From NCBI GenBank assembly GCA_003056205.1, contig LSNS01000004.1:188630-252629 (forward strand): a stretch of 64,000 nucleotides of DNA. Direction: 5' to 3'. Source of the DNA: Parcubacteria group bacterium M6-OD1-4. Its GTDB lineage: Bacteria > Patescibacteriota > Patescibacteriia > Patescibacteriales > UBA12465. Shown piece after piece: positions 29,130 through 38,840 of the stretch (position 1 is its first letter; each line of letters begins with the position of its first letter). A program made the translations under genes and the position numbers. A model generated the notes under the pieces. It searched no databases. It was not told the DNA's origin and saw only the letters and a program-made list of their open reading frames with translations.

Positions 29130-31232
29130 TTATTTTCTAACATTTTTTTCTTTAGTCACTACGGTAGTTTTATTCTCAATATTACTGATATGAACTGGAT
29201 TCTCCCCAGCTTTTTCTTTATAACCAATCTCTTCATCACACTTTGGACAATACTTATGTTCCCCAGATAGATAACCATGCTTAGGACAGATGGAAAAAGT
29301 AGGGGTAATTGTAAAATATGGTAAACGATAATTTTCCACAATCTTTTTAACTAATTTCTTGGCCGCATTACCATTTGGTAAGCGTTCACCAATGAAGCCG
29401 TGAAGAACTGTGCCACCAGTATATTTAACCTGTAAATCATCTTGTAAATCAAGAGCGGAAAAAATATCGTTAGTAAATCCTACTGGTAAATGTGATGAAT
29501 TAGTATAATAAGGAGCAGTGCCATTAGCTTTAAAGGCTTCAGTATTGGCACAAATAATTCCAGGATAAAGTTCTTGATCTTTCTTGGCAAAACGATAAGT
29601 CGTACCTTCGGCTGGGGTGGCTTCTAAATTATAAAGATTATTAGTTTCATTTTGAAAGTCCATTAAGCGCTCACGCATATAGTCTAGCACTTCTGAAGCA
29701 AATTCTCGACCCTCGGGAGTTGACACATCTTGACCGATTAAATTTACTGCTGCTTCATTCATTCCATTAATACCAATGGTAGAAAAATGATTTTGCCAAT
29801 AAGAATTAAATTTTTCTTTAATATCGCTTAAATAATAAATAGAATAAGGGTATAAACGATCTTCACTAAATTTTTCAAGAATCTTTCTTTTAATTTCTAA
29901 ACTTTCTTTCGCTAATTCCATTAATTCTAAAACCCGTTTTTTAAATTGTTCTTTGTTTTTCGATAAAAAACCAATTCGCGGTAAATTAATGGTTACTACG
30001 CCAATAGAACCAGTTAAGGGATTAGCTCCAAATAAACCACCACCACGCTTGCGCAATTCACGATTATCTAAACGTAAACGGCAACACATTGAACGAGCAT
30101 CATCACGTTTCATGTCTGAGTTCACAAAATTAGAAAAATAAGGAATACCATATTTAGCTGTCATTTCCCAAGCGGGTTTTAAGCATTCTCGATCCCAATC
30201 AAAATCTTTATCGATACAATAAGTGGGAATTGGAAAACCAAAAACTCGACCAGTAGAATCACCAGCCAACATCACTTCGGCAAAAGCTTGATTGAAAACA
30301 TCCATTTCAGCTTGAAAATCTTTATACTTTTCAGGTTGAGGTTGGCCACCAATAATTACACTTTCTTCACCAGTCATCGGTGATGGAGTAACATCTAAAG
30401 TAATATTGGTAAAAGGAGTTTGAAATCCTACCCGAGTCGGAACATTGATATTAAACATGAATTCTTGTAAACCCTGCTTAACCTCTTTATAACTTAGATG
30501 ATCATAACGAATAAATGGTGCTAAATAAGTATCAAAATTAGCAAAAGCTTGAGCACCAGCTGCTTCACCCTGCATCGTGTAAAAGAAATTAATTATTTGT
30601 CCGAGAGCACTACGAAAATGTTTTGGAGGGTTACTCTGGACCTTTTCATCAACGCCACGAAAACCACGAATTAATAAATCTTTTAAATCCCAACCACAAC
30701 AATAGGGGGCTAAAAGCCCTAAATCATGAATATGTAAATCGCAATTAATATGGGCTAAACGAATATTTTCAGGATATAATTTATCTAACCAATAGCGTGC
30801 TGAAATCGCTGAAGAGATATAATTATTCAAACCTTGAACCGAAAAGCTCATATTACTATTTTCCTTTAATCGCCAATCTGCTCGTCCTAAATAATCTTCC
30901 ATTAGCTTATCGTTGACAGTCGCCGTATTAATATTACGTAACTGACGATGCTGATCACGATATAAAATATAAGACTTAGCAATTTTAATCAATTTATTCT
31001 CAATTAAAATTCCTTCAACGATATCTTGAACTTCTTCTACGGCTGGAATACTATGTTGATGGAATTTTTTATTAAGTCGTTCTACTACTTGTTTAGTCAA
31101 CTTCTCAGCAAGTTGCCGATCATCAACTTCAACTGCTAAGCCCGCCTTATAAATGGCAGTGACGATTTTATCTTGATTAAATTCACTAACTTCGCCAGAA
31201 CGTTTAATCAACTTGCTAATGGTTTCAGACAT
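29130..31232 (-). CDS. nrdD: Class III ribonucleoside-triphosphate reductase with an N-terminal ATP cone, lacking the glycyl-radical tail
   Basis: ATP cone (IKRSG..VEEVQD..AKSYILYR), HIHDL, PYCC, SMCCRL, EATPAE, YTGGTV and Zn ribbon CPKH..CPKC. Confidence 0.93.
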   Translation of the reverse strand: MSETISKLIKRSGEVSEFNQDKIVTAIYKAGLAVEVDDRQLAEKLTKQVVERLNKKFHQHSIPAVEEVQDIVEGILIENKLIKIAKSYILYRDQHRQLRNINTATVNDKLMEDYLGRADWRLKENSNMSFSVQGLNNYISSAISARYWLDKLYPENIRLAHINCDLHIHDLGLLAPYCCGWDLKDLLIRGFRGVDEKVQSNPPKHFRSALGQIINFFYTMQGEAAGAQAFANFDTYLAPFIRYDHLSYKEVKQGLQEFMFNINVPTRVGFQTPFTNITLDVTPSPMTGEESVIIGGQPQPEKYKDFQAEMDVFNQAFAEVMLAGDSTGRVFGFPIPTYCIDKDFDWDRECLKPAWEMTAKYGIPYFSNFVNSDMKRDDARSMCCRLRLDNRELRKRGGGLFGANPLTGSIGVVTINLPRIGFLSKNKEQFKKRVLELMELAKESLEIKRKILEKFSEDRLYPYSIYYLSDIKEKFNSYWQNHFSTIGINGMNEAAVNLIGQDVSTPEGREFASEVLDYMRERLMDFQNETNNLYNLEATPAEGTTYRFAKKDQELYPGIICANTEAFKANGTAPYYTNSSHLPVGFTNDIFSALDLQDDLQVKYTGGTVLHGFIGERLPNGNAAKKLVKKIVENYRLPYFTITPTFSICPKHGYLSGEHKYCPKCDEEIGYKEKAGENPVHISNIENKTTVVTKEKNVRK

Positions 31233-31233
31233 A

Positions 31234-31692
31234 TTATTTTTTTTCTTTAATTAATTTATTTAATTCTTTACGAAATTCATGAGCGTCTTTGAATGATTCA
31301 TAAACCGAGGCATAACGAATATAGGCGACTGGATCAACTTTTTTTAAGTTTTTCATTACTATCTGCCCAACTTGCAAGGAGGTAATTTCACTACTTTTTA
31401 AACGTTGCAAATCCCGTTCAATGGTATGAATCAATTTTTTAAAACGATCTTTAGTAATAGCCCTTTTCTCACAAGATTTCTTCAGACCACTTACCATTTT
31501 GTCACGATTATAAGATTCTCGCCGTCCATCTCGTTTGACAATCGCTAAATCAAGTAATTCTATCTCTTCATAAGTGGAAAAACGAAAACTACACTTTAAA
31601 CATTCCCGACGACGACGAATTGAAAGACCATCCGGAGCAACTCGCGAATCAACAACCTTAGTATCATTAAAATAACAAATTGGACATTTCAT
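31234..31692 (-). CDS. nrdR: Transcriptional repressor NrdR
   Basis: MKCPIC..VVDSR..IRRRRECLKC..RFSTYE, ATP cone, VAYIRYASVY. Confidence 0.97.
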   Translation of the reverse strand: MKCPICYFNDTKVVDSRVAPDGLSIRRRRECLKCSFRFSTYEEIELLDLAIVKRDGRRESYNRDKMVSGLKKSCEKRAITKDRFKKLIHTIERDLQRLKSSEITSLQVGQIVMKNLKKVDPVAYIRYASVYESFKDAHEFRKELNKLIKEKK

Positions 31693-31695
31693 ATA

Positions 31696-31744
31696 AATCT
31701 ATATTTTGTGGTTATTAAGCTACTACGACCACTAAATATTGTGT
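31696..31744 (-). promoter_or_regulatory. Tandem NrdR boxes
   Basis: Minus strand ACACAATATTTAGTGG (31744-31729) and CCACAAAATATAGATT (31711-31696) resemble acaCwAtATaTwGtgt; they start 33 bp apart. Confidence 0.8.
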
Positions 31745-31753
31745 TACATCTCT

Positions 31754-31782
31754 ATTTTAGCAAACTTTCAAACTGAGGTCAA
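31754..31782 (-). promoter_or_regulatory. Sigma70 promoter of the nrdR-nrdD-nrdG operon
   Basis: TTGACC (31782-31777), 17 bp, TAAAAT (31759-31754). Confidence 0.7.
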
Positions 31783-31821
31783 TTTAGCTAATCTTAAAAT
31801 AAATATTGATATTTTATAAAG

Positions 31822-31830
31822 TTATCCACA
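31822..31830 (+). promoter_or_regulatory. Single consensus DnaA box
   Basis: TTATCCACA, about 40 bp upstream of the nrd -35 element. Confidence 0.5.
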
Positions 31831-31861
31831 GTTTTTTATAAAATTAGGTTTAAAATTATAA

Positions 31862-31890
31862 AAAATTCTCCGATTTAAATGGAGAATTTT
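31862..31890 (-). terminator. Intrinsic terminator after ftsZ
   Basis: AAAATTCTCC-N9-GGAGAATTTT with a T-run on the minus strand. Confidence 0.7.
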
Positions 31891-31935
31891 AATTAACAAA
31901 TTGAAATCTTAAATAAAACCTATAGATTCTGTTTT

Positions 31936-33183
31936 CTATCCCATCTTTTTCCTAATAAATGTGGGAATACTTAAATCTTCCTCTTCTTCTGGATTAGGAA
32001 CCCCCTTCTTTCTAAATAGTGCTGGAGTCTCTAAATCTTCTTCTTGATTACGAAGCTTCTCTGCTTTTTTTTCTAAAGCGGGTTTAACAGGAATATTTTT
32101 AAAAACAGAAAATTTACCTTTATGCTTATCAACGCTCGTTCGAGAACCAGTATCTTTCTTACCAGCTTTTTCAGCAATAAAGGAATTTGGGGTATAAGCA
32201 GAAGTCATTTCTTCTTTCTGGCTTTTACCATAACCATCAAAACCAGTAGCGACAACCGTAATTTTAATCTGATCTTTCATTTTTTCATCAACAACGGCTC
32301 CAAAAATAATTTTAGCATCTTCATCGGCAGCGGAAGTAATAACTTTTGCGGCTTCACTCACTTCAGTCATACTTAAATCTGGACCACCGGTGATAGTAAA
32401 AACAATGCCTCGAGCGCCATCAATGGACATATCTAATAAATTAGAGTTAATGGCATCTTTAGCGGCCTCTACGGCCTTATTTTCGCCACTAGCTTGTCCA
32501 ATACCCATTAAAGCTGAACCGGCGTTAGACATCACCGCTTTCACATCTGCGAAGTCAGCATTAATAATACCCGGAACAGTGATAATCTCGGCAATTCCTT
32601 GGACTCCTTGTCGCAAAACATCATCAGCAGTTTTAAAAGCTTCTAATAAAGTAGTACGTTTATCAATAACCTGAAGTAATTTATCATTAGAGATGGTAAT
32701 AATAGTATCAACTTTATCAGCTAGTTCTGAGAAGGCTCGATCAGCAATACTTTTCCTTTGCCCACCTTCAAACATAAACGGCTTAGTAACCACTGCTACT
32801 GTTAAAGCTCCAACATCTTTGGCAATCTGAGCCACAATTGGTGAGGCCCCAGAGCCAGTACCTCCCCCTAAACCACAAGTCACAAAAACCATATCACAAC
32901 CTTTAATAACTTCGCGAATTTCATTTTGGGATTCTTCGGCGGCGCCTTTTCCTAAATCAGGATTCATTCCCGCGCCTAAACCCTTAGTCACTGCTTTTCC
33001 GATGTGGATTTTTTCAGTAGCTTTATTATAATGAAGAGCTTGAACATCGGTATTAATTGCGACAAAACCCACCCCTTTAATACCATTAGCAATCATCCGG
33101 TTGATAGCGCTTCCACCGCCACCACCGACACCGATGACTTTTATTTTAGCAAAAGTTTCAATTTCTGGTTTAATTTCGGCCAT
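31936..33183 (-). CDS. ftsZ: Cell division protein FtsZ
   Basis: KVIGVGGGG, GGGTGSG and INADFADV motifs. Start is ATG 33183 or 33192. Confidence 0.98.
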   Translation of the reverse strand: MAEIKPEIETFAKIKVIGVGGGGGSAINRMIANGIKGVGFVAINTDVQALHYNKATEKIHIGKAVTKGLGAGMNPDLGKGAAEESQNEIREVIKGCDMVFVTCGLGGGTGSGASPIVAQIAKDVGALTVAVVTKPFMFEGGQRKSIADRAFSELADKVDTIITISNDKLLQVIDKRTTLLEAFKTADDVLRQGVQGIAEIITVPGIINADFADVKAVMSNAGSALMGIGQASGENKAVEAAKDAINSNLLDMSIDGARGIVFTITGGPDLSMTEVSEAAKVITSAADEDAKIIFGAVVDEKMKDQIKITVVATGFDGYGKSQKEEMTSAYTPNSFIAEKAGKKDTGSRTSVDKHKGKFSVFKNIPVKPALEKKAEKLRNQEEDLETPALFRKKGVPNPEEEEDLSIPTFIRKKMG

Positions 33184-33222
33184 AGATTTCATTTTAAAAA
33201 ATTAATTATATTTAAATTAAGC

Positions 33223-34482
33223 CTAACGAGGCATTATTTTATTCCAAAAAGATTTAGTTTTTTCTAATAATCCTCCTAAACTATTTTTTAAAGTATTATC
33301 AATAGTTTCACTACTATCCATATTACTGCCCCAAATAACTAAGCCGAGGGCGGTTAAAAATTCAGGATTCTTGACCTTATCAATAACAACATTAATATTG
33401 TTCGCCACGCCTAAGGCTGCTGGTAAACGAAGTTTTTTCTTAGCTTCTTCTACTAGACCATTCAATTTAGAACCACCACCAACAAAAATTACTCCCGCTG
33501 GCAACATCCCCGAGCGATCAATGCGCTTAAATTCATTATCAATTTTTTCAAAAATCTCTTCTACTCGAGCACTGATAATTTCTGCTAAATATTTTTTAGA
33601 AATCACATCAAGATCATCGTTCACTTCTTCTTCTTGGACTAATTGACTAATATCAATCTCATCTTTTTTATTAATATCTTCAACAGTCGCTGTGCCATAT
33701 TCTTGTTTGATTCTTTCCGCTAAATTAATCGGGCAACGTAAACCAATGGCAATATCAGAAGTGATATGTTCAGAACCAATTGGGAGAATAGCGGTGTGAA
33801 TTAGATTTCGTTCTTCATAAACTGCTAAAGAAACGGTAGCCGAGCCAAGATTAACGAGAGCGACACCTAAATCTTTCTGTTTATTACTCAGGACGGCTTC
33901 TGCAGAGGCTAGAGGAGCGATTACTAAATCTTCTATTTCCAAGCCCGTGCGATAAATAGCTTTCGTTAAATTCTTTATTTGCGTACTTAAACCTTGGATA
34001 ATTAAGGTTTCCACTTCCAGACGAATACCATTCATGCCGAGAGGATCTTTCACATCGCTTTGGTTATCAACTCCAAACTTAATAGGAATAACGTGGAGAA
34101 TTTCATAATTAACTGGAACCGCTAAAGCCCGAGCAGCTTCAATAGCTCGATTAACATCAGTTTCATTAATTTCTCCGTCACTCCGACTAACCGCCACAAC
34201 CCCCTTTGAACGTTCACATTTAATATAAGGGTCATTAACACTCACCCAAACTTTAGTAATTGGAATACCCACCAAGCGTTCCGCTTTTTCTAAAACCGCT
34301 GAAATCGAAGAAGTCGTATCTTCAATACTATTAACAATACCACGACTAACTCCCGCTGTGGGACCCGAGACCGCCCCAATGATTTGTAATTCATCGCCAG
34401 TCGGTCCCGAAATTTTTTGACCAACTACTAAACGAATAGCAGTTGAACCAACATCTAAACCGGCAATAATATTATCCCTCAT
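33223..34482 (-). CDS. ftsA: Cell division protein FtsA
   Basis: GLDVGS, ITSDIA, AERIK and GGGSKL motifs with an amphipathic C-terminus; upstream of ftsZ. Confidence 0.96.
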   Translation of the reverse strand: MRDNIIAGLDVGSTAIRLVVGQKISGPTGDELQIIGAVSGPTAGVSRGIVNSIEDTTSSISAVLEKAERLVGIPITKVWVSVNDPYIKCERSKGVVAVSRSDGEINETDVNRAIEAARALAVPVNYEILHVIPIKFGVDNQSDVKDPLGMNGIRLEVETLIIQGLSTQIKNLTKAIYRTGLEIEDLVIAPLASAEAVLSNKQKDLGVALVNLGSATVSLAVYEERNLIHTAILPIGSEHITSDIAIGLRCPINLAERIKQEYGTATVEDINKKDEIDISQLVQEEEVNDDLDVISKKYLAEIISARVEEIFEKIDNEFKRIDRSGMLPAGVIFVGGGSKLNGLVEEAKKKLRLPAALGVANNINVVIDKVKNPEFLTALGLVIWGSNMDSSETIDNTLKNSLGGLLEKTKSFWNKIMPR

Positions 34483-34610
34483 AAAAATTTATACTCTCGC
34501 TTAGTTAAAAAACTAAACAAGCGATAATAAACAAATAAATTAAAAATAAACATTTTCAATGATTACTTCTATTATACAAAATTTCTAAAAATATAACAAT
34601 TCCTCAGGGC

Positions 34611-35378
34611 CTAATAGATTAATGATAAATACCAAACAATTATCTGCCCGCCCCAGATTAAAGTAACCAAGGCTCCCAAGCTCAAAAACGGACCGAGGGC
34701 AATTTTGGATTTTAATTTCTTTTTCTGAACAGCCATTAAGACTAAACCAATTAGAGCCCCAACAGCATAGGCAATTAGGATAATTAACAATAAATTGGCA
34801 ATTGCTGGAAAAGCAATCCCTAAAAAAGCACCTAAATAAATATCGCCCTCACCAATCCCTTTCTTTTTTGTCAGTAAATATTGAATTAAGAAAAATCCTG
34901 CACTAATTATAGCAAATAATACTAAACTTATCCAAGAAATACCCAATATTAAATTCAGTATAAAAATAACAACCGCCAATGGCCAGAGAAAATTTATCGG
35001 AATTAATTGCCAACGGTAATCATAAACAAAAACCACAATTAGAGTAATAGCAATCAAAATATCACGTAAAAACAAATAAACAAAATTAGCGCTACTGCTA
35101 TCTAAACGCCAAATTAATAAGAAAATTAGACTAGTGGCAATTTCCACTAGAGGATATTGCCAAGAAATTTTTTGTTGACAATGCCGACAACGTCCTCTCA
35201 AGAATAAAAAACTCAAAACAGGAATATTATCATACCAGGCAATAGTTTTTCTACATTTTGGACAATAGGATCGACCACCAATAGTTTCATTCTGATATAA
35301 ACGCCAAATTAAACAATTTAGAAAACTACCAATAATTAAGCCCAAAATAATTACTAGTCCTTCATAATAGATAAACAT
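34611..35378 (-). CDS. pilD: Prepilin peptidase (A24A)
   Basis: GSFLNC..R, RSYCPKC..WYDNIP..RGRCRHC, YD, GEGD and LGPFL motifs. Confidence 0.92.
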   Translation of the reverse strand: MFIYYEGLVIILGLIIGSFLNCLIWRLYQNETIGGRSYCPKCRKTIAWYDNIPVLSFLFLRGRCRHCQQKISWQYPLVEIATSLIFLLIWRLDSSSANFVYLFLRDILIAITLIVVFVYDYRWQLIPINFLWPLAVVIFILNLILGISWISLVLFAIISAGFFLIQYLLTKKKGIGEGDIYLGAFLGIAFPAIANLLLIILIAYAVGALIGLVLMAVQKKKLKSKIALGPFLSLGALVTLIWGGQIIVWYLSLIY

Positions 35379-35393
35379 AAAAATTTAAAATAA

Positions 35394-37793
35394 TTATTTA
35401 ATTAATTCTTTCTGAAAATTTAATAACTCGATATTATTAGGAGCAAGTTGGCGAGCTTGCTGAATATAAGTTAGCGCTAAATCTTGCTGATTGTTAGCTT
35501 TAAATAACAGTGCTAAAGCAAAATCCCAATGATAATCTTCAGGATGGCGAGTCCGCCCATGTTGAATATATTTTATAGTGGAACCAAAATCACCAACTTG
35601 ATAATAAGTATTAGCAATGTTTTTTAGTAAAGAAAAATCACTTAAATTATAGCGGTAAGCTAATTTATAATATTTTCTTGCTAACAAATAGTTCCCTTGA
35701 CGTTCATAAATCTGAGCAATTTTTTTAGTAATAAAATAATGATACTGAGCGATATTATGACGATGTTCCGAATTAAGATAAATATTATTAACAGCCGGCA
35801 AATTAGAACTGGCTAAATAATAGTTGAATAAAGCGGCCTTAAAATTTTTCTGGAGCGCCGACGCTTTTCCAGCTTCTAAATAAGTAATCGGCCAAAAAGG
35901 ACTTGCGGTACTAATTTGCGATAAATAAACTTTGGCTTGTGAAAAATTATCTGTCAATAAACTAATTTTAGCTTTTAAAAGAAGATTTTGATAGCCTGAG
36001 ACCGGTAAAGAATCAGATATTTCTTGTAGACGATAATAAAAAAGTTTTTTAATAGCTGGATTTGTAATTTGCGGTAAACGATTAATTATTCTCGTACCCA
36101 ATAATAAATTATAGGAACTCAAATAAACTGGGTTGGGTCTTTCGGCAGACATTTCATTATCCAGTACTAAGGCCTGAAGATAGTGACCTTGATTTAATTC
36201 TTGATAAGAAGCGCTAAAATAATAATCAGCCAATAAGGAATGTTGAATAAAATTAATTTGTCTCGAGATTAATAAAAAAATAATTAAACTAAAAATAATT
36301 TTAAGAAATATTTTTAATTGCGGACGACCAATATGATGTTGATGGAGATGCTTAACAGAAACTATTTTACTAATCCCCAAACTTAATTTTTCACCACTAT
36401 GAGAGAAGTGAATAACGACCAAAAGGGCAAAAAATAACCAAAGATAAACTTCACTACTAATCGTCGAAAAACTAAATAATAAAGAAAACAAATAACCCGC
36501 TAGACCCAAGCCTAAAGCTAAATTTAGAAATTCAAATTCTCGCCGACGAAAATTATCTCGCCATAAATCAAAAAAGAAATAATATAATAAAATATACAAA
36601 ATAAGACCAAAGGCTCCAGTGCTTAATAAAATATCAAGAATTAAATTATGAGCACGATTGGGATTTTGTCCAACATTGCCATAAATTGCCCAATTGGGAA
36701 GATAATATTTAATAAAAACATTGCCAGCATTTTCCAAACCATAGCCCTGTAAAGGCCGTTGAGTGATAGCGAGGCTAGCGGCTTGATAAATATTTAAACG
36801 GGCACGAACTGAGCCTTGTTTAAAATTAACCAAATTTTGGAGACGACCCGCAGAATAATAATTAAATGTTCCTAATAAAGCTCCAACAAAAAAAACAAAA
36901 CCAATAATAATAAATAACTTTCTAAGTTTTGACCACGGAGTACGATATAATAAATAAATTGAAAATAAAAAAATAATAAAAATTAAAGAGAGAATTCCAC
37001 CCCGACTATTCGTGAGGAATAGAGCTAATAACTGTATACCACCAGCTAAAAAATAAAAAAACTTACCGAGAAAATAAGGAGTACGATATAATAAATAAAC
37101 AGTAATTGGCCAAACCAATAATAACCAAGAGGCTAAAAAATCTGGTTGTCCAAAGGTAGAAAAAATACGATGAGTTAACCACGGAGCTTCTTGCCAAACT
37201 ACAAAATCAATATTCAAAATCTGCAAGACGCCATAAAGTGAAACTAAAGTAGCCGAGAAAACTAGAATAATTAATAGATGCTGAAGGTTGTTACGAAGAG
37301 GACGAGAAAAAGAATTGGAAGATAATTTTTTAGAATTAATAAAAGAAGCTTGATTATGAACAGTCAATAAATTAAAACTCAAGAGAATAAACCAAAGAAA
37401 ATAATAAAGATAACTCAATAGCCCAGCCTGACGACTAAGAGATCCATAAAAACTTAAAGCTGGATTTAAAGAACCGAGCAAGCTCAAACTTAAACCGAAA
37501 ATAAAAATACTCGGTACTAACCAGTATTTTTTAAAGAATCTACTAGCTTTTAAAGTAGCGCTTACTTGATAAAAAATTACTTTGATGACTGTTAGTAATA
37601 ATAATATTAAGGTTAAGATTTTAAAAACTACCAATTTATTAAATTCAAAAATATAATAACTAGGCAACCAATAAGCGATCCAGAGCGGAATTAAAAAAAT
37701 TACCATTAAATAAGTAAATTCAATTAACAAATCCAGAATATTTCGGAATGATATTTTTCTAAAATTATCGAACATCAAAGAATAAATTTTCAT
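35394..37793 (-). CDS. O-antigen ligase/O-oligosaccharyltransferase family protein with C-terminal TPRs
   Basis: STFGQP, TNSRGG, R..IY, GYG and RAHN (Wzy_C-like) motifs, many TMs, and a TPR tail. Confidence 0.82.
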   Translation of the reverse strand: MKIYSLMFDNFRKISFRNILDLLIEFTYLMVIFLIPLWIAYWLPSYYIFEFNKLVVFKILTLILLLLTVIKVIFYQVSATLKASRFFKKYWLVPSIFIFGLSLSLLGSLNPALSFYGSLSRQAGLLSYLYYFLWFILLSFNLLTVHNQASFINSKKLSSNSFSRPLRNNLQHLLIILVFSATLVSLYGVLQILNIDFVVWQEAPWLTHRIFSTFGQPDFLASWLLLVWPITVYLLYRTPYFLGKFFYFLAGGIQLLALFLTNSRGGILSLIFIIFLFSIYLLYRTPWSKLRKLFIIIGFVFFVGALLGTFNYYSAGRLQNLVNFKQGSVRARLNIYQAASLAITQRPLQGYGLENAGNVFIKYYLPNWAIYGNVGQNPNRAHNLILDILLSTGAFGLILYILLYYFFFDLWRDNFRRREFEFLNLALGLGLAGYLFSLLFSFSTISSEVYLWLFFALLVVIHFSHSGEKLSLGISKIVSVKHLHQHHIGRPQLKIFLKIIFSLIIFLLISRQINFIQHSLLADYYFSASYQELNQGHYLQALVLDNEMSAERPNPVYLSSYNLLLGTRIINRLPQITNPAIKKLFYYRLQEISDSLPVSGYQNLLLKAKISLLTDNFSQAKVYLSQISTASPFWPITYLEAGKASALQKNFKAALFNYYLASSNLPAVNNIYLNSEHRHNIAQYHYFITKKIAQIYERQGNYLLARKYYKLAYRYNLSDFSLLKNIANTYYQVGDFGSTIKYIQHGRTRHPEDYHWDFALALLFKANNQQDLALTYIQQARQLAPNNIELLNFQKELIK

Positions 37794-37823
37794 AATCTAA
37801 TTATATCAAACAAAGATTAAACA

Positions 37824-37854
37824 AAAAAGAGTTTATCTATAATAAACTCTTTTT
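37824..37854 (-). terminator. Intrinsic terminator after secF
   Basis: AAAAAGAGTTTAT-N5-ATAAACTCTTTTT. Confidence 0.7.
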
Positions 37855-37889
37855 AATTTTAAAAATTTTTATTTCTTCCTTCAACAATC

Positions 37890-38804
37890 TTATTCCGCTT
37901 TCCGCCGAGTTAAATTATCCCAAATCACTAAAACCGGACTAGCAATAAAGATAGAGCTATAAGTACCAACAAAGATTCCCACAATTAAGGCCAGAGCGAA
38001 ATCCTTAATAGTGCTTCCTCCGAAGAAAAGAACAGCTAATAAAGCTAAAATTGCTGAAAACGAAGTATTAATTGAACGAGTAATAGTTTGGTTAACGCTC
38101 CGATTGACAGTATTTTCAAAATCTTCCTGACTCTTTGGTAAATTTTCTCTAATTCGATCAAAAACAATAATCGTATCACTAACACTATAACCGAGGACGG
38201 TAAGAATGGCAGCAATAAATGGCGTATTTATTTCAATACCATAGAAATGTCCCAAGACGGCAAAGACTCCCAGAGTAAAGATAACATCATGAATTAAAGC
38301 AATAATAGCGGCCACTCCATACTTCCAAGAAGAAACTGGCTTAGAAACCCGCCGAAAAGCAAAAGAAATGAAGAGGATAATCATGATAAAAGCAATCGCC
38401 ACGGCATTAAAAGATTTACTTTTTAATTCTTGACCAATTGAGGGACCAACCGAATCAAATTGCAATTGCTTAAAGGTCGCTCCTTGATGACCAACTGTTA
38501 AGCTACTTAATTTACCAAGAACAGCTTGATGAACAGCTTCAGTATTTTCTTGAAAACGTAAAATAATAGAATGTTTATTCGTCGGTTGAACCACTAAACT
38601 GTGTAAATGCACTCCTTGCAAACTACTTTCAATAGCAGTAATACTTGGTTGATATTTAGTGAATTGAACTTCCAACAAACTTCCACCAGTAAAATCAATA
38701 CCAAAATTTAAACCCCAAAAAATTAAAGCCAAAATCGAAGCAACAATTGCTAAGCTGGAGAGCGTCATAAATATTTTTCGAGATTGAATTATCCGATAAG
38801 TCAT
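37890..38804 (-). CDS. secF: Protein translocase subunit SecF
   Basis: GIDFTGG, VGPSIG, HD, GYSVSDTIIVFDRIRE and GTYSS motifs. Confidence 0.96.
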   Translation of the reverse strand: MTYRIIQSRKIFMTLSSLAIVASILALIFWGLNFGIDFTGGSLLEVQFTKYQPSITAIESSLQGVHLHSLVVQPTNKHSIILRFQENTEAVHQAVLGKLSSLTVGHQGATFKQLQFDSVGPSIGQELKSKSFNAVAIAFIMIILFISFAFRRVSKPVSSWKYGVAAIIALIHDVIFTLGVFAVLGHFYGIEINTPFIAAILTVLGYSVSDTIIVFDRIRENLPKSQEDFENTVNRSVNQTITRSINTSFSAILALLAVLFFGGSTIKDFALALIVGIFVGTYSSIFIASPVLVIWDNLTRRKAE

Positions 38805-38840
38805 ATAATTAAATTAGCAAATTAAAAATAAAATTTTAGA

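Noticed and set aside
31790..31935. Possible replication origin (DnaA box in AT-rich DNA)
   Set aside because: Only one box is visible, gene orientation does not switch, and dnaA/dnaN are not nearby. I treated it as a possible nrd regulatory site.
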